A DNA stretch of 64,000 nucleotides from an uncultured cyanobacterium (GTDB lineage: Bacteria > Cyanobacteriota > Cyanobacteriia > Cyanobacteriales > CAWCAG01): the NCBI GenBank assembly GCA_963793425.1, contig CAWCAG010000005.1, positions 32,001-96,000 of the forward strand. The letters are read 5' to 3'. Position numbers and translations under genes: made by a program. A model generated the notes under the pieces. The model searched no databases. It was not told the origin of the DNA and saw only the letters and a program-made list of their open reading frames with translations. Each line of letters starts with the position of its first letter. Position 1 is the first letter of the stretch. This document shows, one piece after another, positions 63,720 to 64,000 of this stretch.

Positions 63720-64000
63720 TTAAGTGCTGGCAATTTGCTTTGAAAGCTGCTGTATACAAAATCTAAAGTAATAACTTAGCCAACTTACGATTCCCAAAAA
63801 TTTAAATCCTTCTTCAACAATAGAATGTCCTGATAAACTACTAGGAGTCATGTCAACAATTGTTGAGAGCAAGAAGCAGACGATAGCTAATAACAGAAAC
63901 AGAAAATCGGAATGAAAAATTGTTTTCCAGAATTTATATATAAATCCAGAAATCAGTGTTCCATAGACGATAAAAACAACTAGCTCTGCTAAGTTCTTCA
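63720..64000 (-). CDS. C-terminus of a hypothetical membrane protein (runs off the right edge)
   Basis: Manual translation ...AELVVFIVYG...LSTIVD...IVEEGFKFLGIVSWLSYY...AST*, open for 93 codons. Confidence 0.65.
   Translation of the reverse strand, partial: KNLAELVVFIVYGTLISGFIYKFWKTIFHSDFLFLLLAIVCFLLSTIVDMTPSSLSGHSIVEEGFKFLGIVSWLSYYFRFCIQQLSKQIAST

Overview
This is a chromosomal segment of a cyanobacterium. The evidence is many HIP1 GCGATCGC octamers, psb29, psb34, cpcT, bicA/sbtAB, four PEP-CTERM genes and two CHAT-domain proteins. Most of the window is housekeeping genes: map, folB, larC, hemF, fabG, ackA with phosphoketolase, adk, dcd, thyX, mltA, dacB, pgi and surE. An accessory-rich stretch lies at about 35-50 kb. 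It holds an AT-rich DUF488/DUF488/dual-OB three-gene module (candidate DNA-repair or defence system) and a Tat-exported ferritin-like gene with a triple-repeat operator facing a STAND-type ATPase-HTH regulator. It also holds a fusA paralogue cut off by a degenerate IS200/IS605 (tnpB) element that carries three tiny nested insertions, and bicA facing a GC-rich, apparently foreign sbtAB cassette whose sbtA has a 1-nt frameshift. Elsewhere, thyX contains a 325-aa LAGLIDADG intein and a TPR-CHAT gene has two +1 frameshifts. Two distant PEP-CTERM genes share a four-box direct-repeat promoter motif. Several small REP-, MITE- and SDR-type repeats are scattered through the window. No rRNA, tRNA or CRISPR array was seen. 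All family calls come from reading motifs by eye; no database searches were run.
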